Origin: Takakia lepidozioides
Lineage: Eukaryota; Plantae; Bryophyta
NCBI GenBank assembly: GCA_030704615.1
Contig: CM060733.1
Coordinates: 38,812,001 to 38,876,000, forward strand
Reading direction: 5' to 3'
DNA length: 64,000 nucleotides
Part shown: one piece after another, positions 13,226-25,048 of the stretch
How positions within the stretch are numbered: position 1 is the first letter of the stretch
How the letters are laid out: each line of letters starts with the position of its first letter
Program-made: the position numbers and the translations under genes
Notes under the pieces: generated by a model
What the model was told of the DNA's origin: nothing
Seen by the model: only the letters and a program-made list of their open reading frames with translations
Database searches by the model: none

Positions 13226-15736
13226 AAAACTTCACTTCCCTCCGCTTCCGATTCGTCTGCCTTTCATACCGTTTCCTAGCTTTGGCAATGTTGTACTTTG
13301 CGAGCTTCAACAAACGCTCGCGTTCTTCCAGTACCGCCGCTACGCCGGTTCCTCAACGTCCTGGGCGGCACAACTTGTCGGCACACCAGAGGTGCTTTTC
13401 CATAGACCAATACGAAAGGGAAACCCCGTTGCGGAGTGTTCTGTGTTATTATAACAGAACTCTGCCGCGTCTAAGTTTCCACCCAGTCTGTTTGGTCTGC
13501 CGACACGTAATTTCGCAAGATCTGCTTCACTACGGAATTCACTCTTTCCGTTTGGCCGTCGGTCGTAGGTCGGAAGGCGGTGCTCATCTTCAGCCTCGTC
13601 CCCATCTTCTTCCAGAGTGCCCTCCAAAATTTACTCGTAAACTTTGGATCGCGGTCCGAGACAATATCCTTCGGGACTCCATGATGCTTTAAGACGTGGG
13701 CGAAGTAAAGTCACCCTGTTCCTGCTCCGTCCGTCTCCCTCCTTGGTGGGGATGAAATGGCCCATTTTACTGAACCTATCCACCACCACCATGATTGCAT
13801 CGAATCCTTTTGACAGCGACATAGCAGTCATGAAATCCATCGAGACGCTTTCCCAAGTCCCCTCTGGAATCGGCAAGGTTTTGTAACAGCCCCGCTTGCT
13901 TTTTGTACTCGCTCCGATTTTGTTGTCATGTGGTGCATGTCTTGACATATTCCTCTGCCTCCTCCCTCAGTTTGGGCCAGAAATACTCTTTCTTCAAGAG
14001 TGCCGCAGTGCGCTTGGCTCCGTCGTGGCCCGCAAGCGGGCTATCTCTGATCCCTCCCTTCGGCACGTACAGACGCTTTTGCTTATACCGGAGCAGTCCA
14101 TTTTGCAAGTGGAACTGCGATTTAAACCCCCATCCTCAAGTCCTGCATCACGGACTTCACCAGCTCATCTTCCGGCAAGCCTTCCGGATCTTCCTTTGGA
14201 GCGCCGTCTCGCCCCTGTACACCAACAAAAGCTGCTGCTTTCTACTTAAAGCATCGGCCACCACGTTGTCTCGTCCCGGTTTGTACTGGATATCCACGTC
14301 AAACACCGCCAAAGTATCTTGCCACCTAAGTTGTTTTGGGGACAACTTGGGTTGCGTGGCGAAATACTTCACCGTGACATTTGTCCGTGAACACCTTCAC
14401 TGGGTTGGAACCAACATAGTGGCGCCAAAGCTCAAGACAGTGCACCACCACCTTCATCTCTTTCTCGTGCGTCGGCCACCGTCGCTCCACTTCATTCAGT
14501 TTCTTACTTTCGTAAGCCACTGGACGTCCATCTTGCATCAGTACACCCTAATCGCGAAGTCCGACGCATCTGATGAGATCTCAAACGGACGATCGAACTC
14601 CGGGATTTTCAAGACTGGAGCTTCCGCCATCCGCTGCTTCAATTCAGCAAAGCTTGGCCACAAAAGGTGTTCCATGCCCAGACTTTGGATTTACACAGAA
14701 GGTCTGACGCGCGGCCCGCGATCTTGGTGAAATTTCTCACATACTTCCGGTAATAGGAGGCGAGTCCTAAGAAGGATCGCACTCCCGGGACCAAAGTCGG
14801 AGGCTCCCAGTCCAAGATTGCCCTCACCTTCTTGTCATCCATTCTGATCCCATCCTGTGTAATCACATGCCCCAGGAACTTCACTTTTGTGACCCCGAAT
14901 TCGCACTTTGAAGCTTTGGCATACAGCTTCCCTTCCCGCAATTTCTGGAACACCCTTTTTAGGTGCTCCAGGTGCTCCTCCTTTGTTTTCGAATACACCA
15001 AGATGTCGTCGATGTACACGATCACAAGTCATCCAACCACTCCTAGAAAAGGTTGTTCATCAGCGTGTTTAAAGGTCGCGAGAGCGTTGGTGAGTCCAAA
15101 AGACATCACCAAGAACTCATATGAACATACCTTGTCCTGCACGCGGTCTTCTCCTCATCTCCTTCCGCCACTCGAATTTGTGATAGCTGGAGCGCAGATC
15201 GATCCGGCTGAAATACTTCGCTCCTGCCAACCGATTGAAAAGGTTGTCGATCCTTGGCAAAGGTACCGGTTTTTTGATAGTCACCTTATCAAAGCCATGT
15301 AATCGCACACTCCGCAGCGTCCCATCCTTCTTGTCTGCGAATAGCACCGTGGCTCCATAAGGTGACTTAACTCGCCGGATGTACCCCTTGACATTAGATC
15401 TTTGAGCTGAGTCTTCAGCTCGCCAACTCCTTGGCTCAACCGTAGGGCGCCTTGCAGGCGGTTCTGATCCCGGTATCACCTCAATCTTGTGGTCAACTCC
15501 TCTTCGTCGTGGCAGCCGCTTGGTAAATCCTCCGGCTCAACATCCTGTTATTTCTCCAAACTCCCCGTGATCCAATCTGGTTCGCTCCCCATCGCCTTCT
15601 CCCTTCACTTCTTCTAATGTAAAGCAAAACTGGGGCTCTCTGTGTCCGCCTCCATTCCCACTCCCTTGCTGACAAAGGTTTTATATTCGCCTCTCACCAC
15701 GGGCTGGCTTTCCTGGCCGACACTTTTAGAAACTCG
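13226..15736 (-). pseudogene. Outer Gypsy pol (RT, RNase H, integrase), frameshifted
   Basis: [53 protein letters not shown]. Confidence 0.92.
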
Positions 15737-16451
15737 TGTCGCGGCCCTTTGCCTTGAGGGCAGGGGGTCGGGACACATGAGGGGCTGCCCCTGTGGTGGG
15801 GCAGCGGCGGCGATAGGTAGGGGGGCTGAAGCACCCTTGAGTGCCCAAGGCACTCAAGGAGGCGAGGCGCTCACTAGGTGGAGCCCCGCACACCGGGTTG
15901 CGGTGGGGTGGCTCCACAAGGGGTGGTGGTAGCTTAGTGGGACTTAGTGGGGTGGCATAGGACTCACCATGGGGTGGAGACCTCGAGGTGGGAGTCGTGG
16001 GGAGTCTTGGGACTCATCACGGTCCATTGGGGCCGCGGTGAGTGGGCCAAGACTCACCGCGACTCACCACCGGGAGTCGAGGGTTTTCGTGGTGGTTCGC
16101 CATAAAATGGCATGGCTGGTTATGAAACCCCCGCGGACAGCTACAGAAGTATATATAGGGAGTAGTAACCCCGAGAACGGTGCAAGCCCGTTGGTGACCA
16201 AAAACTAGTGAGTAAGCGAGCGAGCCGGAAAGCGACCAAAGAGTGGGGAGCTGTTCCGGACTGCCATCTACCAGGAGAATTCTCCTAGTCCCAATAGGTG
16301 GAGGTTTAGAGGGAAGCGAAGGGGACCGTTATGTCCCGGTGAGCAGCCGAAACTCCAAGTTGGCCCGGCGGCCAGGTTGGGAGTCAGGCGCGCGCATCAA
16401 AGCGAGTAACTATGACTTGAAGGGGAGTTTACCGAATCGAGGTGTGCGACA
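15737..16451 (+). repeat. Inner Gypsy 5' LTR
   Basis: TGTCGCGGCCC...GTGCGACA, followed by CT and the iMet PBS. Confidence 0.95.
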
Positions 16452-16506
16452 CTTGGTATCAGAGCTTAGAGTTCAGTACGCGATCGTCCTTGGGATTGGC
16501 CTCATC

Positions 16507-19500
16507 ATGGGGTCGGGCAAGCCGAAGCGAAAGCGGAACGGCCCAAAAGATGATGATCCCGGTGAGCCCGATGGGGGCGACGTGTCACCGAGGCGGCCGT
16601 TTGAGGAAGCGATTAATGTTTCCGAAAACGAGGCCGCTCAGGAGCGGGAGGAATCCGAGAGGAGTCGGAGCCCGAGGAATCTTTGAGAGCTCCGACAAAC
16701 CAAGAGATGCCTCCCATGCCGGCAGCCTTTTGGGAAGGGTTGTTGGCGCAGTTTGGCGGGACGTTGAAAGACGTGTTGAAGGCGGCTAATGCCACTTCCA
16801 CCAAGGCAAAGTTTAAGGTGAAGCCTAAGGAACCCGGCACCTTCGAGGGCGTTCGAAACCGGAAGGCACTCAACACCTGGCTCCTTGGAAGCAGTACTTC
16901 CGGGCGGCCAAGTTGAGTGACGAGGATCGGGTGGAAGTGGCTCCCACCTATTTGAGGGGCTATGCTCAACAATGGTGGCAGAAACGCCTTCACGACCGAG
17001 GCCCAAGCCCGGAAACCTTGAACTGGAGTGAGTTCAAGGAATTGATGAAGAGACAGTTTGTGCCCCTCAACGCATCCTGGCTTGCCCGGGACAAGATGAG
17101 GAATTTGAAGCAAACAGATGACATTCGGGGGTATGTCCAGGCTTTCAATGTGCTGTTGCTCGAAGTCGCGGACATGGCAGAACCAGAAATGGTCTTCAAC
17201 TTTGTGGCGGGACTGGCCCCATGGGCTAGGCGGAAGTTGGAGGAGAAGCCACCCAAGACTTTGAACGAGGCAATTGAGAGAGCTGAATGTTTCTCGGATG
17301 TCCCTAGGGGTGAGAGACAAGGCCGTACGGAGCTGAACCACAAGAAGACCCGGCGGGAAGGTGACTCCTCCCGACCGGAAAAGAAGTGGGATAGGCCACG
17401 CGGCGAAAATGGCACGTGGAAATCGAAGGGAGGTCCTTCACACGTCAAGGCGGCACCCGGTGCTTCGAAAGGAAAAGCGGGTGGAGCGACTTATGGCGGA
17501 CAGAAGGCGACCTTTGATGGAGTGTGTTTCAATTGCGGGGAGCCCGGGCACATGGCCAAGAAGTGCACGAAGCCCCGGCAATTGAACATGACTCGGGCGA
17601 CCACGGAGCTGTCGGAAGATACCATCAGTCGCTTGGTGGAAGCGGTGGTCGCCAGGACTTGCAAGGTAGGCAAATTTCTTGTGAGTTGTATCAGGAAACT
17701 GGCGCCTTACGAAAAGGAGTCAGTTATTGTTCGTGGGGATGGGATAATATCCAACTAATGTGTCGTTGTTGGTGGACACAGGAGCGTCGCACTCCTTCAT
17801 GACGCCGGCGCGGCGCGAAAGTTGGGACTCCCGACAAGTGACGTGGGGCCTCTATTGAGGTGCGCTCTGCCAAAGGAGAACCTCAGTTGGCGACAAGGTT
17901 GGCGTTTGATGTTCCTCTTCAACTGGGGAGTTGGGAGGGACGTGAGAACTTCACTATCTGCGAGATCGATGGAGTGGATCTCATTTTGGGAATGACCTTT
18001 TTGAGCAAATCCGGAGCGGTCATAGATGGCCGCAAGAGAGTAGTCACGCTGCCATGTGGGAATGGTGGCGAGGTTTTACGAGTGTCGGAAACGCCCAAAT
18101 CCGTGGGAGGGCGAATAAACCTTCTATCAGCAAAGGAGTGGGCCGTGGAGGAGACACACGAGTCCCAGTTTTTGCTTTACATTAGAGAAGTGAAAGGGAG
18201 AAGGCGATGGGAGCCGAGCCCAGATTGGATCAAGGGGATTTTGGAGAAATACCAGGATGTGATGCCGGAGGATTTACCAAGCGGCTTGCCACCGCGAAGA
18301 GGAGTTGACCACAAATTTGAGGTGATACCGGGATCGGAACCGCCTGCCAAGGCGCCCTACCGGTTGAGCCACAAAGAGTTGGTCGAGCTGAAGACTCAGC
18401 TCAAAGATCTAATGTCAAAGGGGTACATCCGGCCGAGTAAGTCACCTTACGGAGCCCCGGTGCTATTTGCAGACAAGAAGGATGGGACGCTGCGGATGTG
18501 TGTCGATTACAGGGCTCTGAATAAGGTGACTATCAAAACCGGTACCCTTTGCCAAGGATCGACGACCTCTTCGATCGGTTGGCAGGAGCGAAGTATTTCA
18601 GCCGGATCGACTTGCGCTCCGGCTATCACCAAATTCGGGTGGCGGAAGGAGATGAGGAGAAGACCGCGTGCAGGACAAGGTATGGTTCATATGAGTTCTT
18701 GGTGATGCCTTTTGGGCTCACCAATGCACCAGCGACATTTAGCACGCTGATGAACAGCCTTTTCCAGGAGTGGTTGGATGACTTTGTGATCGTGTACATC
18801 GACGACATCTTGGTGTACTCGAAAACAAAGGAGGAGCACCTGGAGCACCTCAAAAGGGTGTTCCAAAATTGCGAGAAGGGAAGCTGTATGCCAAAGCTTC
18901 AAAGTGCGAATTCGGGGTCACAAAAGTGGAGTTCTTGGGGCACGTGATTACACAGGATGGGATCAAAATGGATGACAGAAAGGTGAGGGCGATCTTGGAC
19001 TGGGAGCCTCCGACTTCGGTCCCGGGAGTGCGATCCTTCCTAGGACTCGCCTCCTATTACCGGAAGTATGTGAGAAATTTCGCCAAGATCGCGGGGCCGC
19101 TGTCGGACCTTCTGTGTAAATCCAAAGTCTGGGTATGGAACACATTTTGTGGCCAAGCTTTTGCTGAATTGAAGCAGCGGATGACGGAAGCTCCAGTCTT
19201 AAAAATCCCGGAGTTCGATCGTCCGTTTGAGATTCATACAGATGCATCGGACTTCGCAATTGGGGGTGTACTTATGCAAGATGGACGTCCAGTGGCTTAC
19301 GAAAGTAAGAAACTGAATGAAGTGGAGCGACGGTGGCCGACGCACGCACGAAAAAGAGATGAAGGCGGTGGTACATTGCCTTGAACTCTGGCGCCACTAT
19401 GTTGGTTCCAACCCAGTGAAGGTGTTCACGGACAATGTCACGGTGAAGTATTTTTGCCACGCAGCCCAAGTTGTCCCCAAAACAACTTAGGTGGCAAGAT

Positions 19501-21067
19501 ACTTTGGCAGTGTTCGACGTGGATATCCAGTACAAACCGGGACGGGACAATGTGGTGGCCGATGCTTTAAGTAGAAAGCAGCAGCTCTTGTTGGTGTACA
19601 AGGGCGAGACGGCGCTCCAAAGGAAGATCCGGAAGGCTTGCCGGAAGGATGAGCTGGCAAAGTGCGTGATGCAGAACTTGAGAATGGGGGTTAAATCGCA
19701 GTTCCACTTGCAAAACGGACTGCTCCGGTATAAGCAAAAACGTCTCTCTATGTGCCAAAGGGAGGGATCAGGGATAGTCTCTTGAGAGAATGCCATGATA
19801 GCCCGCTTGCGGGCCACGGTGGAGCCAAGCGCACTGCGGCACTCTTGAAGAAAGAGTATTTCTGGCCCAAACTGAGGGAGGAGGCAGAGGAGTATGTAAG
19901 ACATGCACCACATGCCAACAAAACCGGAGCGAGTATAAAAAGCAAGCGGGGCTGTTACAACCCTTGCCGATTCCAGAGGGGACTTGGGAAAGCGTCTCGA
20001 TGGATTTCATGACTGCTATGCCGCTGTCAAAAGGATTCGATGCAATCATGGTGGTGGTAGATAGGTTCAGTAAAATGGCCCATTTCATCCCCACCAAGGA
20101 GACGGCAACTGCGCAGGAGACAGGGACGACTTTACTTCGCCCACGTCTTAAAGCATCATGGAGTCCCGAAGGATATTGTCTCGGACCGCGACCCAAAGTT
20201 TACGAGTAAATTCTGGAGAGCACTTTGGAAGAAGATGGGGACGAGGCTGAAGATGAGCACCGCCTTCCGACCTACGACGGACGGCCAAACGGAAAGAGTG
20301 AATTCCGTAGTGAAGCAATTCTTGCGGAATTACGTGTCGGCAGACCAATCAGACTGGATGGAACACTTAGACGCGGCAGAGTTCTGTTATAATAACACAG
20401 AACACTCCGCGACGGGAGTTTCCCCTTTTGTGTTGGTCTATGGAAAAGCACCTCTGGTGCCGACAAGTTGGGCCGCCCAGGACGTTGAGGAACCGGCAGT
20501 AGCGGCGGTACTGGAAGAACGCGAGCGTTTGTTGAAGCTCGCAAAGTACAACATTGCCAAAGCTAGGAAACGGTATGAAAGGCAGGCGAATCGGAAGCGG
20601 AGGGAAGTGAAGTTTGAGGCAGGCACAGAGGTCTGGTTGAACATCAAGAATTTTCGACTACCTCCGGAAATGAGTCCGAAGTTCGTACCTCCGTATGCGG
20701 GTCCCTTTCGCATTCGGAGGTTATGAATGAGGATGTGTATGAATTGGAGCTGCCAGCAAACAGCAAGGTGCACCCAGTATTCCATGTCTCCCTTTTGAAG
20801 CCTTACTTCAAAGATGAAGCACGTCCGAATCGGCAGCAAGTGTTGCGTCCGCCACCTATGCTGTTGGATCATGAAAATGAACCCGAGTACGAGGTGGAGG
20901 CAATACTTAAGTCGAGGAGGTTCAAGAACCGAGAAACGGAGTATCTCGTCAAATGGAAGGGCTATCATCTTGTGGAGGCATCTTGGGTGCGTGCCTCAGA
21001 AATGGGAAACGCATCCGAGGCAGTTGCAGCGTTCGAAGGGCGACCTCAAAAGCGGAAGAAGCGTTGA
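16507..21067 (+). pseudogene. Inner Gypsy gag-pol polyprotein with C-terminal chromodomain, broken by single-base indels
   Basis: Retrotrans_gag (YLRGYAQQWW...W.EFK), CCHC knuckle CFNCGEPGHMAKKC, protease DTGA, RT YIDD, RH TDAS, INT with GPF motif, chromodomain EYEVEAILKSR...EYLVKWKGY...SW. Confidence 0.95.
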
Positions 21068-21971
21068 TGGGGACATCAACCTTGGAGCGTGGGGGAGGAA
21101 ATGCATGCTTAGCCCGGTTTAGCTAGCTCAGGAATCCGATTGCAAAAACTTGTATTGTACAAAAATTTGTGATAAAGGAAATGGGTTCCAAATATTGTGC
21201 GTCCTATTGTGTTTGGAATGGTGATGCATGGTGTGGTTGGCTGGTGTGTAGAATGCATGCTAGCTTACAAAAGTGGGAGAGGTAAATTGGGTTAATCGTG
21301 TGTTTGCGCAGTGCCGAAATCGGGTGACTCCCATCCAAGGGGCAAGGAAACTTGCGCCTTATTTGGGAGTTCAAGTGCTAGTGCGCACCTGGCGCTGCGC
21401 GTACTATAACTGCGCTACCGAGGGGGTTGCCTTGTAGTGCGGGCTAACGCGGAAGCTACGTGCTTCCGTTCACGTACTATAATCGTGTAGCCTCGGGACG
21501 AAGTCGTAGTGCGGCTTCGGCGTGTTCCCGTACCTCAGGCCAGCATTCCAAGGCGGACCCAATTGTAGTGATTGGGGCGCACGGTTGGTTCAAGGTTATC
21601 TTCCTAGTCAAAGAGGTTTCAGGTGAACCCTTGCTCAAGGTGATGCCAAAAGCGGCATCATGAGCGATCGCAAGCAATGTTGTTGCAGTAAGGCGATTCG
21701 ATCCTCGGGGAGGATCGTTCCTTGGCCTTGAAGTAGGCCAAGAAGAGTGCACTGGGAGGAGCTGGAGAGGCTCCACCCTTGGCCGGGACTTGGAGGAAGT
21801 CGGCCGAACTAGCTAGTGGAGAGTGGAGTCAAGTGTGGGGTTTGGTTCTTTGCCATGGGACGCCATGGTACGGAAACAAACTCCTTGATGTGGGACGCCA
21901 CAACTTGGATGTTCGTTTCTACAAAATGGACAAGTCGATGAGGACATCGACTCCCTGTTGGTAGGGGTGTG

Positions 21972-22690
21972 TGTCGCGGCCCTTTGCCTTGAGGGCAGGG
22001 GGTCGGGACACATGAGGGGCTGCCCCTGTGGTGGGGGCAGCGGCAGCGATAGGTATGGGGGCTGAAGCACCCTTGAGTGCCCAAGGCACTCAAGGAGGCG
22101 GAGGCGCTCACTAGGTGGAGCCCCGCACACCGGGTTGCGGTGGAGGTGGCTCCACAAGGGGTGGTGGTAGCTTAGTGGGACTTAGTGGGGGTGGCATAGG
22201 ACTCACCATGGGGTGGAGACCTCGAGGTGGAGTCGTGGGGAGTCTTGGGACTCATCACGGTCCATTGGGGCCGCGGTGAGTGGGCCAAGACTCACCGCGA
22301 CTCACCACCGGGAGTCGAGGTTTTCGTGGTGGTTCGCCATAAAATGGCATGGCTGGTTATGAACCCCCGCGGACAGCTACAGAAGTATATTAGGGAGTAG
22401 TAACCCCGAGAACGGTGCAAGCCCGTTGGTGACCAAAAACTAGTGAGTAAGCGAGCGAGCCGGAAAGCGACCAAAGAGTGGGGAGCTGTTCCGGACTGCC
22501 ATCTACCAAAGGGAATTCTCCTAGTCCCAAATAGGTGGAGGGTTTAGAGGGAAGCGAAGGGGACCGTTATGTCCCGGTGAGCAGCCGAAACTCCAAGTTG
22601 GCCCGGCGGCCAGGTTGGGAGTCAGGCGCGCGCATCAAAGCGAGTAACTATGACTTGAAGGGGAGTTTACCGAATCGAGGATGTGTCGCA
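21972..22690 (+). repeat. Inner Gypsy 3' LTR
   Basis: Near-identical to 15737-16451; last bases slightly scrambled; followed by the ACTCG TSD. Confidence 0.92.
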
Positions 22691-24280
22691 ACTCGCATCA
22701 TTCCAATGGCAGCGTGAGTACTTTGCTTGCGGCCATCTATGAACCGCTCCGGATTTGCTCAAAAAGGTCATCCCCAAAATGAGATCCACTCCATCGATCT
22801 CGCAGATGGTGAAGTTCTCACATCCCTCCCAACTCCCCAGTTGAAGAGAACATCAACGCAACCTTGTCGCCAATTGCGGTTCTCCTTTGGCAGAACGCAC
22901 TCAATAGAGGCCCCCACGTCACTTGTCGGGAAGTCCCAGCTTTTTTGCCGTTGCCGGGGTGTCATGAAGGAGTGCAACGCTCCTTTGTCCACCAACACGA
23001 TACGTTAGTTCCGGATATTATCCCATCCACGAACAATAACTGACTCCCTTTACGTAAGGCGCCAATTTCCTGATACAAACTCACAAGAAAATTTGCCTAC
23101 CTTGCAAGTCCTGGCGACCACCGCTTCCACCAAGCGACTGATGGTATCTTCCGATAGCTCTGTGGTCGCCCGAGTCATGTTCAATTGTCGGGGCTTCATG
23201 CACTTCTTGGCCATGTGCCCGGGCTCCCCGCAATTGAAACACACTCCATCAAGGTCACCTTCTGTCCGCCATAGGCCGCTCCACCCGCTTTTCCTTTCGA
23301 AGCAACCGGGTGTCGCCTTGACTTGTGAAGGCCCTCCCTTCGATTTCCACGTGCCATTGTCGCCGCGTGGCCTATCCCACTTCTTTTCCGGTCGGAAGAA
23401 GTCACCTTCCCGCCGGGTCTTCTTTCTTGTGGTTCAGCTCCGTACGGCCTTGTCTTTCACCCTTATAGGGACATCCGAAAACATTCAGTTCAGCCCTCTC
23501 AATTGCCTCGTTCAAAGTCTTAGGTGGCTTCTCCTCCAACTTCCGCGTGGCCCCCCTGGGCCAGTCCCGCCACAAAGTTGAAGACCATTTCTGGTTCTGC
23601 CATGTCCGCGACTTCGAGCAACAGCACATTGAAAGCCGGACATATCCCCGGATGTCATCTGTTTGCTTCAAATTCCTCATCTGTCCCGGGCGAGCCAGAA
23701 CCGTTGAGGCGGGCACAAACTGCCTCTTTCATCATTCCTTGAACCCACTTCCAGTTCAAGGTTCTGGGCTTGGACCCCGGTCGTGAAGGCGTTTCTTCGC
23801 CACCATTGTTGAGCATAGCCGCCCCTCAAAGGGTGGGAGCCACTTCCACCCGATCCTCGTCACTCAACTTGGCCGCCCGGAAGTACTGCTCTAGCTTCAA
23901 GAGCCAAGTGTTGAGTGCCTTCCGATTTCGGACGCCCTCGAGGGTGCCGGGTTCCTTAGGCTTCACCTTAAACTTTGCCTTAGTGAAGTGGCATTAGCCG
24001 CCTTCAACACGTCTTTCAACGTCCTGCCAAATTGCGCCAACAACCCTTCCCAAAAGGCCGCCGGCATGGGAGGCATCTGTTGGTCGGTCGAAGCTCTCAG
24101 GGATTCCTCAAGCTCCGACTCCTCAGATTCCTCCCGCTCTTGAGCGGCCTCTCATTTTCGTAAACATGCATTGCTTCCTCAAACGGCCCGCCTCGGTGAC
24201 ACGTCGCCCCCATCGCTCACCAGGATCATCATCTTTTGGGTCGTTCCGCTTTCGCTTTGGCTTGCCCGACCCCACGATGA
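22691..24280 (-). pseudogene. Outer Gypsy gag and protease, frameshifted
   Basis: CFNCGEPGHMAKKC, MRNLKQTDDIRGYV, KLEEKPPKTLNEAIERAE. Confidence 0.9.
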
Positions 24281-24329
24281 GGCCAATCCCAAGGACGATC
24301 GCGTATTGAACTCTAACTCTGATACCAAG

Positions 24330-25048
24330 TGTCGCGCACCTCACTTCGGTAAGCTCCCCCCTCAAGTCATAGTTACTCGCTTGATGCATGCGCCTAACTC
24401 CCAACCTGGCCGCCGGCCCAACTTGGAGCTTCGGCTGCTCACCGGGGCATAACGGTCCCCCCTTTGATCTCCCAAAGAACCCTCCACGATTTGGAACCAG
24501 CGAATTCCCTTGGGGTTGGCAGTCCGGACAGCTCCCCACTCTTGGTCGCTTTCCGGCTCTCGCTCGCTTACTCACTGTTTTTGTCACCAACTGGCTTGCA
24601 CCGTTATCGGGGGTTACTACTCCCTATATATACTTTTTGTTGTACCTGTCCGCGGGTTTCACAAACAACCATGCCATTTTTGGCGAACCACCACGAACAC
24701 CCTCGACTCCCGGTGATGAATCGCGGTGAGTCTTGGCCCCCCTCCACGGCCCCTATGGACCGTGATGAGTCCCAAGACTCCCCACGACTCCCACCACGAG
24801 GTCTCCGCCCCAGGGTGAGTCCTATGCCACCCCCACTAAGTCTCGCTAAGCTACCACCACCCCTTGTTGGAGCCACCCCCACCGCAACCCGGTGTGTGGG
24901 GCTCCACCTAGTGAGCGCCTCCGCCTCCTGAGTGCCTTGGGCACTCAAGGGTGCTTCAGCCCCCCATACCTATCGCGCAACTGCCCCACCACAGGGGCAG
25001 GCCCTCTTGTCTCCCGACCCCCTGCCCTCAAGGCATAGGGCCGCGACA
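24330..25048 (-). repeat. Outer Gypsy 5' LTR
   Basis: Matches 11618-12342; adjacent PBS (plus-strand CTCTGATACCA). Confidence 0.93.

Larger units (their letters stand above)
15737..22690 (+). mobile_element. Ty3/Gypsy chromovirus (inner copy, full length) inserted into the protease region of the outer copy
   Basis: LTRs 15737-16451 and 21972-22690; TSD ACTCG at 15732-15736 and 22691-22695; PBS 16454-16465; PPT ~21960-21971. Confidence 0.95.
11618..25048 (-). mobile_element. Ty3/Gypsy chromovirus-family element (outer copy) inserted antisense into the Copia GAG-pre-integrase region
   Basis: LTRs at 24330-25048 (5') and 11618-12342 (3'). TSD TCGGG at 11613-11617 and 25049-25053. PBS ~24317-24327. 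gag/PR 24280-22691; RT (YIDD), RH and INT 15736-13226. The Copia frame resumes as HHRLGH after the TSD. Confidence 0.95.

Noticed and set aside
15737-25048. Inverted Gypsy arrangement as a pure assembly fold-back
   Set aside because: Independent TSDs and distinct LTR variants for the inner and outer pairs indicate real nested insertions.
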